Source of the DNA: Octopus sinensis
Lineage: Eukaryota
NCBI RefSeq assembly: GCF_006345805.1
Contig: NC_043007.1
Location: 68,076,001-68,140,000 of the forward strand
Reading direction: 5' to 3'
Length of the DNA: 64,000 bases
In this document: in pieces, positions 31,047 to 45,682 of the stretch
How positions within the stretch are numbered: position 1 is the first letter of the stretch
Layout: every line of letters starts with the position of its first letter
Translations under genes and position numbers: made by a program
Notes under the pieces: model-generated
Databases searched by the model: none
Seen by the model: the letters and a program-made list of their open reading frames with translations, nothing else
What the model was told of the DNA's origin: nothing

Positions 31047-31200
31047 CGAGGTTGATCAATAAGTATCCGGACTGTTGCCATAAAAGCAAAGCTAAAGAAC
31101 GCAGAGTAAAACTGCTTGATACAGATTGACCTTAATCTCTATTGTGCACATGCACTAAGTTTTAATGTTCTAGCTCACTTTCGCTTATTTACAGCAATGC
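31047..31200. mobile_element. Mariner-type terminal fragment
   Basis: TA|CGAGGTTGATCAATAAGTATCCGGACTG resembles the TIR of the 21807 element; no partner end found. Confidence 0.5.
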
Positions 31201-32363
31201 TTCGTCGTATTGACCATATGGTTTGAAATTTGTGTTTGTGATGAGTGTATTTAAAAACCTGATCTTCCATTTAAATTTAGAAGGAAGTTCTTCCAGAAAT
31301 CCTGCCCTTTAGCTGTTTTATCCAGCATGTCCGAGGTGATATTTGCGACCCCACCGCGCCCAATCTTTTCGGTTCCTATGTTTTCTATACAGATTAGAAT
31401 TTCGCCCAAATGACCACATTCTCAATATTTTAATTTTCCCCCTTCCCATCCCAATTTCTTCATTTTTTTTTACTTTTTTCGAATTTTATTCTGGTACTCC
31501 ACAGAGGAAAAAAAACAGTGAGTATGGTTCTTCAAGAATTTTCTGCTTTTTTCTTAAAGAAACACTAAAATCTCCTTTCCAAACTTCCACCCATCACCTC
31601 ATCACTTTCAAAAAGCTACAACTCTCAATGTTTCACATTTAGCGTTTTGGAAAGCTAAATCTCTTCAGAAATAATGTCATTTACTTGGTTGTTTCTAGCA
31701 TGGGTTTTCTGGTGGTGCGCTAATATTTTTTTTACGTCTGCTATTTCTGTACGCATGCTTGAAACATCAAACGAAAGTGAAACATAGGGTGTTTTTAGCT
31801 TTTTGAAAGCGAGTGGGTGAGGTGGAGGAAGGGGCATTGGATATTTCTATAAGAAAAATTAAACTTTTGCAAAAATAAATATTTCCCAGATTCGTAATTT
31901 CAGTATTTTTCTACATGGATAAAAAAAAATTCGTAAAAACGTTGTAAATTAAGAAATTACCTGTGGGGACGGGGGGGGGGATGCACATCACACAATATCT
32001 GTTACTTCTACATTGATGCCGTCTGAGGTTTGTAACTTTATAACAACTAATTCTACAACTCAGAAGATGCAAGAACCACTCCAAGTATTGTTTTTTAAAT
32101 TAAAAAATATAATTACTTCCCCACAACACCATCACCACTGAAAGTGATAGATGTGGAAATAGAAAGATAGAGGGTTGGATCGACGAGTGATGCATAGATG
32201 GATGAATGGATGGGTGGCTGGCTGGCTGGCTGGCTGGCTGGATGGTTGGCTGGCTGAATGGAGGGATGAACAGATGGATGGAAATATGGATAAATGGATG
32301 TCAGTGTGGATGGACGACGAATGAATGGTTGGACGATGGGAAACCAGGGAAATGAACAGGAAC

Positions 32364-32410
<47 letters not shown>

Positions 32411-32417
32411 TATACAG

Positions 32418-32486
<69 letters not shown>

Positions 32487-32990
32487 AAATAGATAATCAA
32501 ATATACAGAAAGGTCACAGAAATGCATTGAAAAGCACAAAACTGGTTAGATAAATAAACAGAAAGAAATATAGACAGAAGCTGGGGAAAGAGATAAAGAG
32601 ATGGAGAGAGATTGTTATGGTGATTAGAAGAAGAAGGATAGAAAGTAGAGAGACAGCTCTTACAACAGCCATCAACTGCCAGAAATAATATATGATTTAG
32701 AAAAATAGCAATTCTAGGAAGCAGCCAAGCAAATAATGTTAATGTGTTAAGATTGCAAATCAATCGACTCTGCCATGGCTAAATGCAATACTTTTTACAT
32801 GGACAAATCTTGGCAAAAGACGATCTTCTTCATAAATATTTATAGAAACTGTTGACAATATATGGCTATTGATGAGTTTCTACATTTCCTGACATCTTCT
32901 GGTGAGAAAATCCTCAAAGGAACCGGCAATGGTGTTTATTTAAATTACTGAAGTGCAATGATAGAAAGATAAATAGATAGATAGATAGAT

Positions 32991-33046
<56 letters not shown>

Positions 33047-33419
33047 AGATATGAATTGATAAATAGTAGACAACTATCCACTGGGTGGACCGATGGCTAA
33101 ACTGACAAACAGACTGACGGACAAACAGACAGATAGAGAGAAAGATAGATAACTAGACTGATAGCTAGCTAGGCAGGCAGATAGATAAGTGTATGGAGAA
33201 ATCGATAGCGGGTTCGATGGATTGAGGGATAGATGGATAGACAGGCTGACGGATAGATAAATAGATAGCTAGCTAGATAAATGGATTGCTAACTAGTTAG
33301 ATAGATGGATGATAGCTAGATGGATAGATAAACAGATAGATAAACATCCAGATAGATGGGTTGATAGGAAGATGGATGCTCGCTTGGATGGATAGAACGA
33401 GGAATATTGGTGGAACTGA

Positions 33420-34145
33420 AAGATGAAATCTCTGCCAACCGAATGTCTTAGTCATCTGTCAAGTCGCAACAAGGACCCCAGGCAGATAATACTTTCCTTA
33501 AGACGTGCTTTTTGCAAGACATCAATCTTGCATGGGATTTTCAGTTGGCTTGAGAAATTTTGAAGTTTCAATGGGATTAAGCCCCACGCTCCGATCACCA
33601 CTGGTATCACTTTTATATTACCCTCTCGCATTCCATAGTCTTTTTATTCCTGTTCCCATGGCTCCGACTATTATTGGTAATACTACCACCTTTTTCAGCG
33701 ACTACAACTGCTTAACCCTCCCAAGCTAACCTGTTATATCTATCGACTTTTCTTTCTTCCTTATCGCATACCTTGTTGTCAGCTGGGCATACTATACCTG
33801 TGACCTAGCATCGTTTGCTTTCTTTCTCAATTAAGACTATATCTGGTTTCCTATTCTCTATCTCATGGTTGCACTGAATCATAAAATCCTATAGGATCTT
33901 TACATTATCATATTCGATGATAATTTCGGGTTTATGTTCGTACCAATTTTTTGCTCTGTCAAGTCCATACTTGCTGCAAAGTGTCCAATGGACAATTCTT
34001 GCTATATTGTCATGACGTCTCTTATATTCTTTCTGGGCTAGTGGCGTACATTGACTGGTAATACGCCATAGGATTTCACCACTTAGTCCACAAATTCTAC
34101 ACTTATCACTTTCTGATTTGTTGTGTATTCTGCATTTGACGTAAT
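33420..34145 (-). mobile_element. R4/Dong-like RLE LINE, 3' end
   Basis: Minus strand: KCRICG...SQCTPLAQKEYKRRHDNIARIVHWTLCSKYGL...WYEHKPE...RKPDIVLIEKE (CCHC plus PD-(D/E)XK) then VIPVVIGA. Confidence 0.85.
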
Positions 34146-34149
34146 TGGT

Positions 34150-34300
34150 TTCTTCTTCTTCTTCTTCTTCTTCTTCTTCTTCTTCTTCTTCTTCTTCTCT
34201 TCTTCTTCTTCTTCTTATTATTATTATTCTTATTATTATTATTATTATTATTATTATTTTATTATTATTATTATTTATTATTATTATTTTATTATTATTA

Positions 34301-34338
<38 letters not shown>

Positions 34339-34370
34339 TTATTATTATTATTTTATTATTATTATTATTA

Positions 34371-34426
<56 letters not shown>

Positions 34427-34468
34427 GTCATTATCATTATTGTTATTATTATTATTATTATTATTATC
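34150..34468. repeat. (TTC)n(TTA)n microsatellite
   Basis: Direct inspection. Confidence 0.95.
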
Positions 34469-35088
34469 AAAGAGTTTGTTTTGATGTCATGACAGAAAAC
34501 TCACAAGATATTGACAATTGGTGGTTTAACTGATCAACTGATCAATTTTATCGGTTAAGATTAAAATCGATCTTCACAAGTTAATTATGATCGCATAAGT
34601 GTTAACATATATATATATATATATATTAATAATGTGCTTTCTGCATTAAAGAAGAAACGGTACACGAACACAAACTCACACACACGCTCCCACACGCGCA
34701 CACACATATACACACACCAGCCAACGTACATACATGTATGCGTATTACCGTAGTGCCGGTCTGTGATTGTGCAAACGGTAACAAAATGAATTCGTAAAAT
34801 AAGCTGATGTACTGTGAGGAGAGATGACTTTCGATACTTAATAGAAAAGAAACAAATATCCAAAAAAACATTTATTATTTTCATTGGGAACAAAGAAAAG
34901 CAAGAACATACGCAGGGAAGGTGTAGTAGACTGAGTCCATACCATTGTACGGCTGGGGAATTAACAGAATCGTAAGGGCATTGGACACAGTGCTTCAAGA
35001 TATTATTCTAGTTCTTTGCACTCCGAGTTCAAATACCAGTGATGTTAACCATACATTTTTTCGAACCGAAGTCGATAAAAATGAACGC

Positions 35089-35470
35089 GCAGGAGTGGTA
35101 AGTAGCTTGCTTACCAACCACATGGTTCCGGGTTCAGTCCCACTGTGTGGCACCTTGGGCAAGTGTCTTCTACTATAGCCTTGGACCGACGAAAGCCTTG
35201 TGAGTGGATTTGGTAGACGGAAACTGAAAGACGCCCCGTCGTATATATGTATGTGTGTTGTGTGTGTGTGTGTTTGTGTGTCTGTGTTTGCCCCCCCCCA
35301 TCATCACTTGACAACCGATGCTGGTGTTTACGTCCCCGTAACTTAGCGGTTCGGCAAAAGAGTACTAGGCTTACAAAGAATAAGTCCTGGGGTAGATTTA
35401 CTCGACAAAAGGCGGTGCTCCAGCATGGCCGCAGTCAAATGACTGAAACAAGTAAAAGAGTAAAAGAGTA
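35089..35470 (+). mobile_element. tRNA-derived SINE, family B (ggagtgg..gtggtaagtagcttgcttaccaaccacatggttccgggttcagtccc head)
   Basis: Full-length copy with internal (GT)n and tail ggcggtgctccagcatggccgcagtcaaatgactgaaacaagtaaaagag. Confidence 0.88.
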
Positions 35471-36489
35471 AATCCACGGCAATGAATTGACAGATTTGTT
35501 AGAGGGTTATGAGAGAAGTGTAGCAGTATTTGTTCCGATTCCTTACGTTATGACAATGGCATCTGCGGCGACACTGATACCAAGTAATATCGGCCCAAAT
35601 CGGCCGAGCCGGTAGCCTTTCCTTTGGAGAAGTATTTGTAACGAGGAGTAGAGAGACTTGCATACATAGGCAACTAAAAGTTTTCCTTAAAATACCTTTC
35701 CAAGATCAACACTTACATGATTGACGGAAGCCCTACTTATCACGCATTGTCTGGCATTTATTTTATCAGTCCCAAGAATGATTGAAAACAAAATTGGCCC
35801 CACAAGAATTTAGATCAAAGACTATCGAATTGCAAAACTGAATACAGTAAATAACGAAATCCCAACACCTTTGAAAATGATGGTAAGTATAGATTTCTAA
35901 AGTTAGCGCGGACTCACAAATAAGGAATCTATCAATTAAGCCACTCTAAATGCCGGAGAAGGCATTAACAATTGATATTGAGATGATAATACTTTGTTGC
36001 ATCTAGTGTTGGACTTGTGGTCTTTAAATGTTTAATATGTCTCGTGTGTTAGAGACCAATCTGTCTACGAGAACTCATTGTTTCAGGTGTTTAACTGTAC
36101 TGACTACTGCTAGGAGTAATAGCTTGTTGTTCTAGTGACCATTCTTCATAGTCATGTTGTGTGTGGAGGATTGTCTAAGGACTGACTACTGTTATAGTTG
36201 TTATTTAGTCTCAGTTCAATCTTGATCAATAACATTCTAGTCATGACAATAGAAATATTAGAGGTTTTCAAATTAATATTGTCAAATGACATTTTCACTA
36301 TTTCAGACACCGCAGTATGATGTGAAGGAGATAAGACTTGGTTGCTATTTCTAGCACATCATGTGGCCACGTAGATTCCTTTGTGTTTACTGTTTGATGA
36401 TAAATTTTGTGACTGATTTTTTCATCGCAGTCATGGTGAGAGACTACCTAATAACTAAATGATCATTCCATACGCAATAACCAGGTGTA

Positions 36490-36730
36490 CAATAATCTCT
36501 CACTATATCGCGGTCCATCTATCGCGGTTCACCTATCGCGGTTTATTATTTAAGCTTACGTCGATTCCTCCGTGGTGTTGTTTTGCATTTATAATAATAT
36601 AAATATATACAAATTATAAGAATAATAAAAAGAATATATATACAGTACAGTACTGTTTCTACTTCGTGGATTTTCACCTATCGCGGGAGTGGGGTGGAAC
36701 GTAACACCCGCGATAGTCGACGGATTACTG
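36490..36730. mobile_element. Tc1/mariner (Tigger/pogo-like) MITE
   Basis: TA|CAATAATCTCTCACTATATCGCGG ... CCGCGATAGTCGACGGATTACTG|TA. Confidence 0.75.
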
Positions 36731-37010
36731 TATTACTATATAATATTTTTGTGATTACAGCTCGTAGTATATATATCTTCGTGTGGCGACTCCTAATGTG
36801 TAATGCAACCAAGTATTTAATCTCATAGCGTACTATAATTATTAGTATAACTATCTGATATCCGATAACGCATGTATTGCCGCGTGGTTCAGAGTTCAAT
36901 TTCACAGTACGGTACCATGGGTGAGTATTTTTTAAATTTTTATCTGATCTCACCAAAAGCTTGTAAATGAAACTCGTGACCCTGGATCCCAAACTTTAGC
37001 ATCGAGAGTT

Positions 37011-37392
37011 ACTCAAATACTAGAGCTTGGCGCCACTGCGTAGCACCAAGGACTCCAAATTTGCCATCAAGATGTAGGACAAGATACTGTGATAGCCTGG
37101 GCTTCAGAGGCCCACAGCTCTTCAATATCCTTCTGAAGAACCTGAGAGACCTGCATGGGGTGGATGCAGATGTCTTTAAAATAAAACTGGATCTCTTCCT
37201 ATCAGGTGTCCCAGATGAACCAAGTTCACGGCAGGAGGTGCAGATGAGGGCAGCTGCATCGAACTCTCTCATGCACCAAATGGCAATTGCTAAAAAGCAT
37301 TCGTGAAGTAAAATCATGTAGCAACACCAAATGGCGGTGCCCTATCATGGCCACAGCTCGTCAGCTGAAACTAGATAAAATAAAATAAATAA
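37011..37392 (+). mobile_element. CR1/L2-group LINE 3' end
   Basis: FRGPQLFNILLKNLRDLHGVDADVFKIKLDLFLSGVPDEP resembles CR1-group ORF2 C-termini; followed by a 3' stem-loop and A-rich tail. Confidence 0.75.
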
Positions 37393-37845
37393 ATATCTAT
37401 TCTTAGGTGATGGTATACCTTATCCTTAATCCGGTTTACTTAGGTGCTTTTAGCAGAGTCTAATCTGTTACAAGTTTTCGACCAGGTATTCCGTCTTTGG
37501 TCTGAAGATTACTGAATATCTCGGTGCATTGCTTCCTTCTACATAGATCCATGAATTGTGTGCTTTTCCATCCTGTCTCCTTCTTATTAATATTGGAGTT
37601 ACTGTTGAGGTCATGCGTTTCCCTTCGTCATCCGATTAAATCAAGGAAAGAAATCATTTTTTTAAATTATGTCTACGAAAGTGAAACGGCATTAGATTAA
37701 TAACATGCATACATACATACATACATACATACATACATACATGCATACACATGTATATATATGTGTACATATATATATATATATAATATATATATATAAT
37801 ATATATATGTATATATATATATCTATATGTATAAATATGTATGTG

Positions 37846-37876
<31 letters not shown>

Positions 37877-38018
37877 CTATATGTATAAATATGTATGTGT
37901 ATATATATATATATATCTATATGTATAAATATGTATGTGTATATATATATATATCTATATATATATATATAATATATGTATATATATATATATCTATATG
38001 TATAAATATGTATGTGTA

Positions 38019-38053
<35 letters not shown>

Positions 38054-38073
38054 ATATGTAAATATATATATAT

Positions 38074-38112
<39 letters not shown>

Positions 38113-38122
38113 CTATATATAT

Positions 38123-38190
<68 letters not shown>

Positions 38191-40452
38191 ATGTTGTGTT
38201 TTTAACACAAAAGGTCTATGAAGAGATTTTCTCTCAGACAAGTCCACACCATCACGCTTCCTAATGATGTATATACATTGAGTATGGTACATAGATGGCT
38301 ATTTTTTAAAAATTCAAACAATGATTTTTTGTCTTTCACTGTGTAAAGAGCTAATAAGAAGACAGCATTTATTGCTCCTGGGTAGTTTTGAAACTGACCA
38401 CTCTACATGTCACGTGTTGGTTGGTTCCCATGATGCTACACTGAATATCCCATCTCCATCAACCGATTTATTTAAAGCCAGACATTTATAGTTACCTACT
38501 TAAAGCAACCATTGAAGAGCTGCTGTCTACCATCAATTACCGATAGTGATACAAAAATAGCACAATCATTTTTTAATGATACGTAAAGCACCACCGACGT
38601 GGAGAAAGAAAATGGTAACGATGTAGATTCCAAGCTTAATTGCCACTTGAAAAGTTAGAAATACTCTTGAAATTCTGTTTAACTGTCTCAAACTTTTACG
38701 TTAGTTTCCACATAGATTTCCATATAGATTTCCTTCTTTCGTACATGACGTTATTGACGTCATAACATAATGAATATGACATCACCACAACATATATTGA
38801 ACATGTGTGGGCGTTAGATGTGACGTGCTTATAATGTGGTTATGACAACGAAGCTTTTAGTAAAAGAGATATTACTCTCCACTATGTCTATTATGAAACT
38901 TCTTGATTTATCTTCCTTCAGAATTAGTCCTTAGAATTTGTTAATGAACTTTGAGTAATTCGTTTAATCTTTTGTGTTAATCCCTTCACAAAGTTATAAC
39001 AATCGTCATAAAACAAAGTTTTAATTCCTGGCTTGACTTAAGCGAATGTATTGAAAACAGATATGATAATGTACACAATAATCACAAAATGTTGATTAAT
39101 AGAAAATGATTTTATTCTGTGTAAAATAAGAAAATACTAAATGGAGTCTATGTTTTATTTGTCACTCGCGTTCGTAGATATCAGCTTTAATGACCAAAGA
39201 CAAAAAAAAATGCTGAACATGGTAAAAAGACTGTGCGTGTGTGTGTGTGTTTATGTGTGTATTGTCAGGAAAATATAATTTATTCTGATAAATTCTTATT
39301 GTTATATTCGTTACACTGTTGAAAGGCATCATGTAGAATTGTCTGAGATAAAAATCTCTTCACAGACTTGTTGTGTTTGAAACACAATATATATCGGAGC
39401 GCGACGAACATTGTTGGTGCAGTGATTCACGAGAACGAAAGACGTGTTTTGCCTTTAGTGAGGACTGCCAATGCCATGCACTTGAGTGTCACCTGCTTAA
39501 GGGAAATTCGCGCTCGGGTGTTTGGGAAACAGTGACTAAAACATTCAATAGTATTGCAGAAGCTTGCGAGGCTGTACAAAAACTCGGTGTGCGCAATTGA
39601 AATAGCATTAGATTAAAATTGCTATCTGTGTATCATAGTAAATATATACGTACCATTAGAAGGCATAGTGTTGTAGAATTGTCTACAATAAAAGCTCTTC
39701 ATAGACTTGAATAAGAAACACTAAATATACCAGAGGGAGACGAATGCCGTTAATACAGTGACTGACAAGAACGAAAGACGCGTTTTGATTTGCTGGCACC
39801 TGTCAATGCAGTCCGCCCGATTGTTATCTGTTTAATCGAAATTTGTGCCTCATGGTATGTTTTGAACGAATCTAATATCAAAACTGTTAGAAATCACTCG
39901 CTCTTTAGGTAAATCTTCACCCTCAAAGTGAGGTGGACCAAAATGCTAAAATTAACCGGTGCTTTAGTTCAACGTCTCACATCATATATACTCTGCTAGA
40001 GTTGCCTAGATAAATATATGGCACCCGTCCCACTTTGAAAGTGAAATGTATGCTTTACAAACGGTTTTTGATGCGTTTTGAACGAATCTGACCATCAAAA
40101 CAGTCGGAAATCACTCCTCCTTTACGTAAACTTTGACCGTCAAAGTGAAGTGAGTGTAATAGAGAAAAACATTCCAAAATTTTCTTTAGCTTTTCAAACT
40201 ACCTTCAGATTTCCCCAAACACGTCACTATGGTAACAGAAGTGCGAAAATAGTGCCACAAACTGACTTTGTGTAGCGTACATATATATACACATAAATAT
40301 GGAGTGGTATCAAAGTTAAAAGCGCTAAACCATTATGACCTCTTGGACATTGACTGATGAGGAATCAGCAGTGAATTTTCCGTGAACTATGGTTTTGTCA
40401 AATTTTTCGTTTGTTATGTTTTTGTTAAATTTTTCCGTTTGTTATATATATA

Positions 40453-40814
40453 CAGTGTGCGGTGAATAAACTGTCGTCTAAATTATGCAAAGAGGAAAAT
40501 AACACTGACATATCATTCTAACAGATATATTTACCAAAATTACATAAAAATATCTTGAAATACTAAAGAGTAAATTTATTCAATAAAATCGCTATTGACT
40601 TCAACCACGGCGTCAAGACGACGTTCTGGACGGTCTCTTTACTTAAGTTGGTGAATGTTGCCTTAATCCTTGCCTTCAGTTTATCTTTGCTGTTTTTTTA
40701 CAGACGGTGCCCAACTGACCCTACTATACTGTGTAGTCAACAAAATGAAAAACAAACAATGCACATGCGCGAAATTAAAAATATAAAATGGTGACGTTTA
40801 CCCATCGCACCCTG
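40453..40814. mobile_element. Tc1/mariner-derived MITE
   Basis: TA|CAGTGTGCGGTGAATAAACTGTC ... GACGTTTACCCATCGCACCCTG|TA; internal minus-strand remnant resembles a transposase C-terminus. Confidence 0.7.
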
Positions 40815-40897
40815 TATACATACATACATACATAATACATACATACATACATACATACATACATACATACATACATACATAAATACATATATATACT

Positions 40898-41270
40898 CTT
40901 TTACTCTTTTTCTTGTTTCAGTCATTTGACTGCGGTCATGCTGGAGCACCGCCTTTAGTCGAGCAAATCGACCCTGGGACTTATTCTTTGTAAGCCTACT
41001 ACTTATTGTATCTGTCTCTTTTGCTGAAACGCTAAGTTACGGGGACATAAACACACCAGCATCGGTTGTCAAGCAATGCTAGGGAAACAAACACAAACAC
41101 ACAAACATGCACACACATACATATATACGACGGGCTTCTTTCAGTTTCCGTCTACCAAATCCACTCACAAGGCTTTGGTCGGTCCGAGGCTATAGTAGAA
41201 GACACTTGCCCAAGATGCTACGCAATGGGACTGAACCCGGAACCATGTGGTTAGTAAGCAAGCTACTTAT
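40898..41270 (-). mobile_element. SINE family B
   Basis: Reverse complement of the 35089 copy. Confidence 0.88.
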
Positions 41271-42010
41271 GGCTGCAGTGATAAAAATACTTGTGAATAT
41301 TTAAATAAATATGAAACTAAAAACGTAATCTACCAATGTGACGTACTCTCAAATAATTACAAGAAACTTATATAGGAGCAACTAAAAATGAAATGAAGCT
41401 TAGATATAATTCCCATCGCTCAAGTTTCAGAAATAGAAGTAAAGCGAACTCTACAGGACTTAGTAGTTACATCTGAGAACTGAAAGACAATAACATTAAT
41501 TTTAGATTAGAATGGTGTATCCTAGCTACAGCATCTTTATATAACCTTAATAATAACTGCTGTTATTTATGCATAAATAAGAAATAATTGATTTTAATGA
41601 TTACATCAGAATTACTTAATAAACGAGACGAGAAAAATACAACATGTTTGCATAAAGATAAATTCTTATTCTCTAAATACCACTAATACCCACATTACAA
41701 GTTATTAGCTGACCTACCTAACACCTTATTACCTCCCTGATACATAGAGTATAATTTAACATTACATCGCAATTTTAAATTAAATTAAAGTACCCAGACT
41801 AACCAAACTATCTATTTAAACTCTACGTTGTATACTAGGGCATATAATCCTCGATAATATATTAACTTTAAAGCTAGATTGCCGACTCACATAACACATT
41901 ATATTTTAATTGATTTTTGTGTACTCTTTATCTTTTTTTTTATTATTCCTTTATATAGCCCATATATATATATATATATATCTATATATATATATATATA
42001 TATAATATAT

Positions 42011-42055
<45 letters not shown>

Positions 42056-42362
42056 CATTATGTCGCACTAAATTTAAGAAGCACACTTAATTTTTAACAA
42101 AGGCATTATTTGTAATCGTAGGGACTAACCTAGTGGTCACAGTGTTGCATATTACAATTAACAACGCCAGATATCTCCACCAGGTATAACTCCCTCGACT
42201 AACACCGCCGGTCAACTAATCATTGTTAATTACTGCTCCATTTCTTTTCCTTTCTATATATAGAAACATCGCTTAACAAGCGATGTTGGGGGGACATCCA
42301 CACACACACACACACATACATACACACACACATACACACACACACATACATACATACATACA

Positions 42363-42398
<36 letters not shown>

Positions 42399-42440
42399 TA
42401 TATAAAGAGAGAGAGAGAGAGAAAGGGAGAGAGAGAGATA

Positions 42441-42600
42441 TATACGACGGGCTTCTTTCAGCTTCCGTCTACCAAATCCACTCACAAGGCTTTGGCCAGC
42501 GCAAAGCTACAGAAGAAGACATTTGCCCAAGGTGCCACGCAATGGGAATGAACCCGGAACCATGTGGTTGGTAAGCAAGCTACTTACCACACACCCACTC
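42441..42600 (-). mobile_element. SINE family B, 5' half
   Basis: Head and first domain only. Confidence 0.8.
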
Positions 42601-42626
42601 TTGCGCCTATATATATATACAGACAA

Positions 42627-42701
<75 letters not shown>

Positions 42702-43339
42702 TACAGACAAAGAGAAAAGACAGTGAGAAAAGACAGGCCGACTGAGAGACAGACCGAATAAGAAAACATACAACGATTAGCTGTCATGGTTACGGAGAAC
42801 TCATGGTGCTAATGTTAAAATGCTAGCCACTGAGATAAAATTCCGTTGCCAGTTACCTTAAAAGTAGAAAAATATTTAAAATAACTATGAACAAGTTTAG
42901 TTGCAAATATATAAATTAATCATCAAATAGTATTAGAAATATCGCGAAGACAAGTTTACGAAGATATTGGCACATTTCAAAGTAAAATCTATAGAATAGA
43001 ATTTGATAAAGAGAAGGATAAAGGTTAAGGCAGCTTATAATGCGATAATCCACAAGGGGAAAACAGATTTATGCGATAGTGGACAGACAGGCATTAAGTG
43101 TTTTCAGTAAGTTTTGATGTCGACATTTCTGTAATATATTATAAAATAAAGCTGGTCACACTTAAAAAGAGGAATTAGATAAAGACTAAATCTATAATCA
43201 ATACTGAATAAGCACGCTGATCTATAAAATCTTTTACAGTCTTAAATGTTATTTACGATAATAATTTCTTACTAATTGGCCCCGCATTTCGTCTTGGGTT
43301 CGAATTTCTTCGGAAAACTTATTTTAACAACGAAATGAG

Positions 43340-43693
43340 GAATGAATACATTGTAATTTGTAACTGGCATTCCGTCGGTTTCGACGAGGAGGATCCCAGT
43401 TGATGTGGTCAACGTAACAGTCTGCACGTGAAATTAAAGAGCGTGTGGCTGACCACTCCACAGGCAAGCGTACCGTTTACGTCGTTCTCATGGAGATTCA
43501 GCGTGACCAAACAATGTAACAAGAGTGACTACTTACGAATTACAGGTACTACTAATTTTTTCCAGCTGAGTCGACTGGAGCAACGTGAAATAAAGTCCCT
43601 CGTTCAAGAATAAACCACATTGCTGGATATCGAACTCTCGAACTAAACGATTGTGAAGCGACCACACTAACCACTAAGCCACGCGCCTTCACG
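43340..43693 (-). mobile_element. tRNA-derived SINE, family D
   Basis: Minus-strand head gaaggcgcgtggcttagtggttag...gagttcgat with an unrelated body. Confidence 0.6.
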
Positions 43694-44555
43694 TTGTAAT
43701 TTGTAATTCTTGGTTAAAATATAACAACCACTCCTATATGTTATATGAATCTTTCTTTTTATTGTCTATCTTTTCCTTGTTTCAGTCATTAGACTGCGGC
43801 CATGCTGGGACACCATCTTGAAGTGTTTTAGTTGAGCAAATCGTCTCCAGTACTTATGTTGTTTTTAAAGTCTGATACTTATTCAATCCCTCTCTTTTGC
43901 CGAATCGCTAATTACAGGGACATCAACAAACCAACATCAGTTATCAAACTGGAGATGACAAATACAAACCCAAAGATACACACACCTAGACACACGAACA
44001 CACATGCATACATACACACACACACACGCACACATGCACACATGTATGTATACGGTGAGCTTCCACACAGTCCTCGTCTACAAAATCAATTCACAAAGCA
44101 TTGATCGGACCAGAGTTGTATTAGAAGGTGCTGTGCAGTGGGACCTAACATGAAACTACGTGGTTGAAAAGCAAACTTCACAGCCAAACAGCCATACCTG
44201 CACCTATATCTATTGTTTCTTTTAGTTGCCTTTAACACTTCATCGGGAGAATAAGAATAGCCATAAGAACAATCTTCATCGAGCAGGTCTGGAAACAGAA
44301 AAGACAGTCATAAAATATCAAGAGTAAGGAATTTATTTATATGAAAAGTTGCGTGTACAGTTCATATAATATAAGCAAGTCTTATCTTTGCAGCTATTTC
44401 AGATAACTGATGACTGGTTTATATAACCATGCGTATTATGTAATGGAGTCCAATACTGAGTATTGTAGGTGAATCGGAGGGCACAAATTTTGATAGACCA
44501 GTGTAGCGAGGCTACGATATCGTTATCAGAACACACACACACACACACACATACA

Positions 44556-44608
<53 letters not shown>

Positions 44609-45314
44609 ATTTATGAGTGAATTTTGCTTGTGTGTGTGACTGATTGTCACTGATAAGTTAATTGTTTACCAGTGAATCTCGCCCATGGTTTAAGAAGATT
44701 ACTATTCCCTTTTTATGGTGGAGTTTGTTGAATTTTTATTAACACTCAAAGTACCACTTTTGGAAACAAGCTAAATATAAATGACAGAGAAATGAGTAAT
44801 TTCAACAGCTAAATATTCTTATCGTTAACAAGTTGAGCACAGATCGTAAAAGAACATTTACGAAACAATACCGTTTAATCAGAAACTGTGGGCGATTGTA
44901 TTGTGGACGAATATCAGGTTTGGGATTCGAACACAATCACATGCACACTCACCACAATTTCGTGCTGCAATTGTAAATTCCTCCAGAGTCCTTGATGTCA
45001 AAGCTCCATTTTAATCTTTGTCTCCCGCAAACCCGTTTTCACCCACTCAACTTCCGAGAATGATGGCAAAGACCATCCAGATTCCAATAACGTAGCCAAA
45101 ATATTGCTGTTTTCGATGTCTGCCCATCGTCATCAGATTTCGGTTCACTTCCATCTCATCTGAGACTGAACTATTCGTTCTACGTGTCGCCCAAATGTTC
45201 CACATTACCCGTTAGTAGCACGTCATTTCCATTCACTCAGTCGCTTGGTGTCTCATACCATTACAACGCATCTGATCAGACCAGGGTCCTTAGAAGCTTC
45301 AGTTTCGTGTCAGT

Positions 45315-45682
45315 TTTTCTTCAATTTTTCTGAAGATGGTTCCGGGTTCAGTCCTACTGCGTGGCATCATGGGCAAGTGTCTTCTACTATAGCTTCTGGC
45401 CGACCAAAGCCTTGTGAGTGGATTTGGTAGACGGAAACTGAAAGAAGCCCGTCATATATATGTATATACGTGTGTGTATGTTTGTGTGTCTATGTTTGTC
45501 TCACTAGCATTGCTTGACAACCGATGCTGGTGTGTTTAGGTCCCCGTAACTTAGCGGTTCGGCTAAAGATACTGATAGAATAAGTAGTAGGCTTACAAAG
45601 AATAAGTCCCGGGGTCGATTTGCTCGACTAAAGGCGGTGCTCCAGTATGGCCGCAGTCAAATGACTGAAACAAGTAAAAGAG
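45315..45682 (+). mobile_element. SINE family B, head-truncated
   Basis: Matches the 35089 copy from ggttccgggttcagtcc to the tail. Confidence 0.88.

Noticed and set aside
33420-34468. (TAA)n targeting by the minus-strand R4/Dong-like fragment
   Set aside because: The array flanks only the truncated 5' side, with (GAA)n in between and no TAA repeats at the 3' end; inconclusive.
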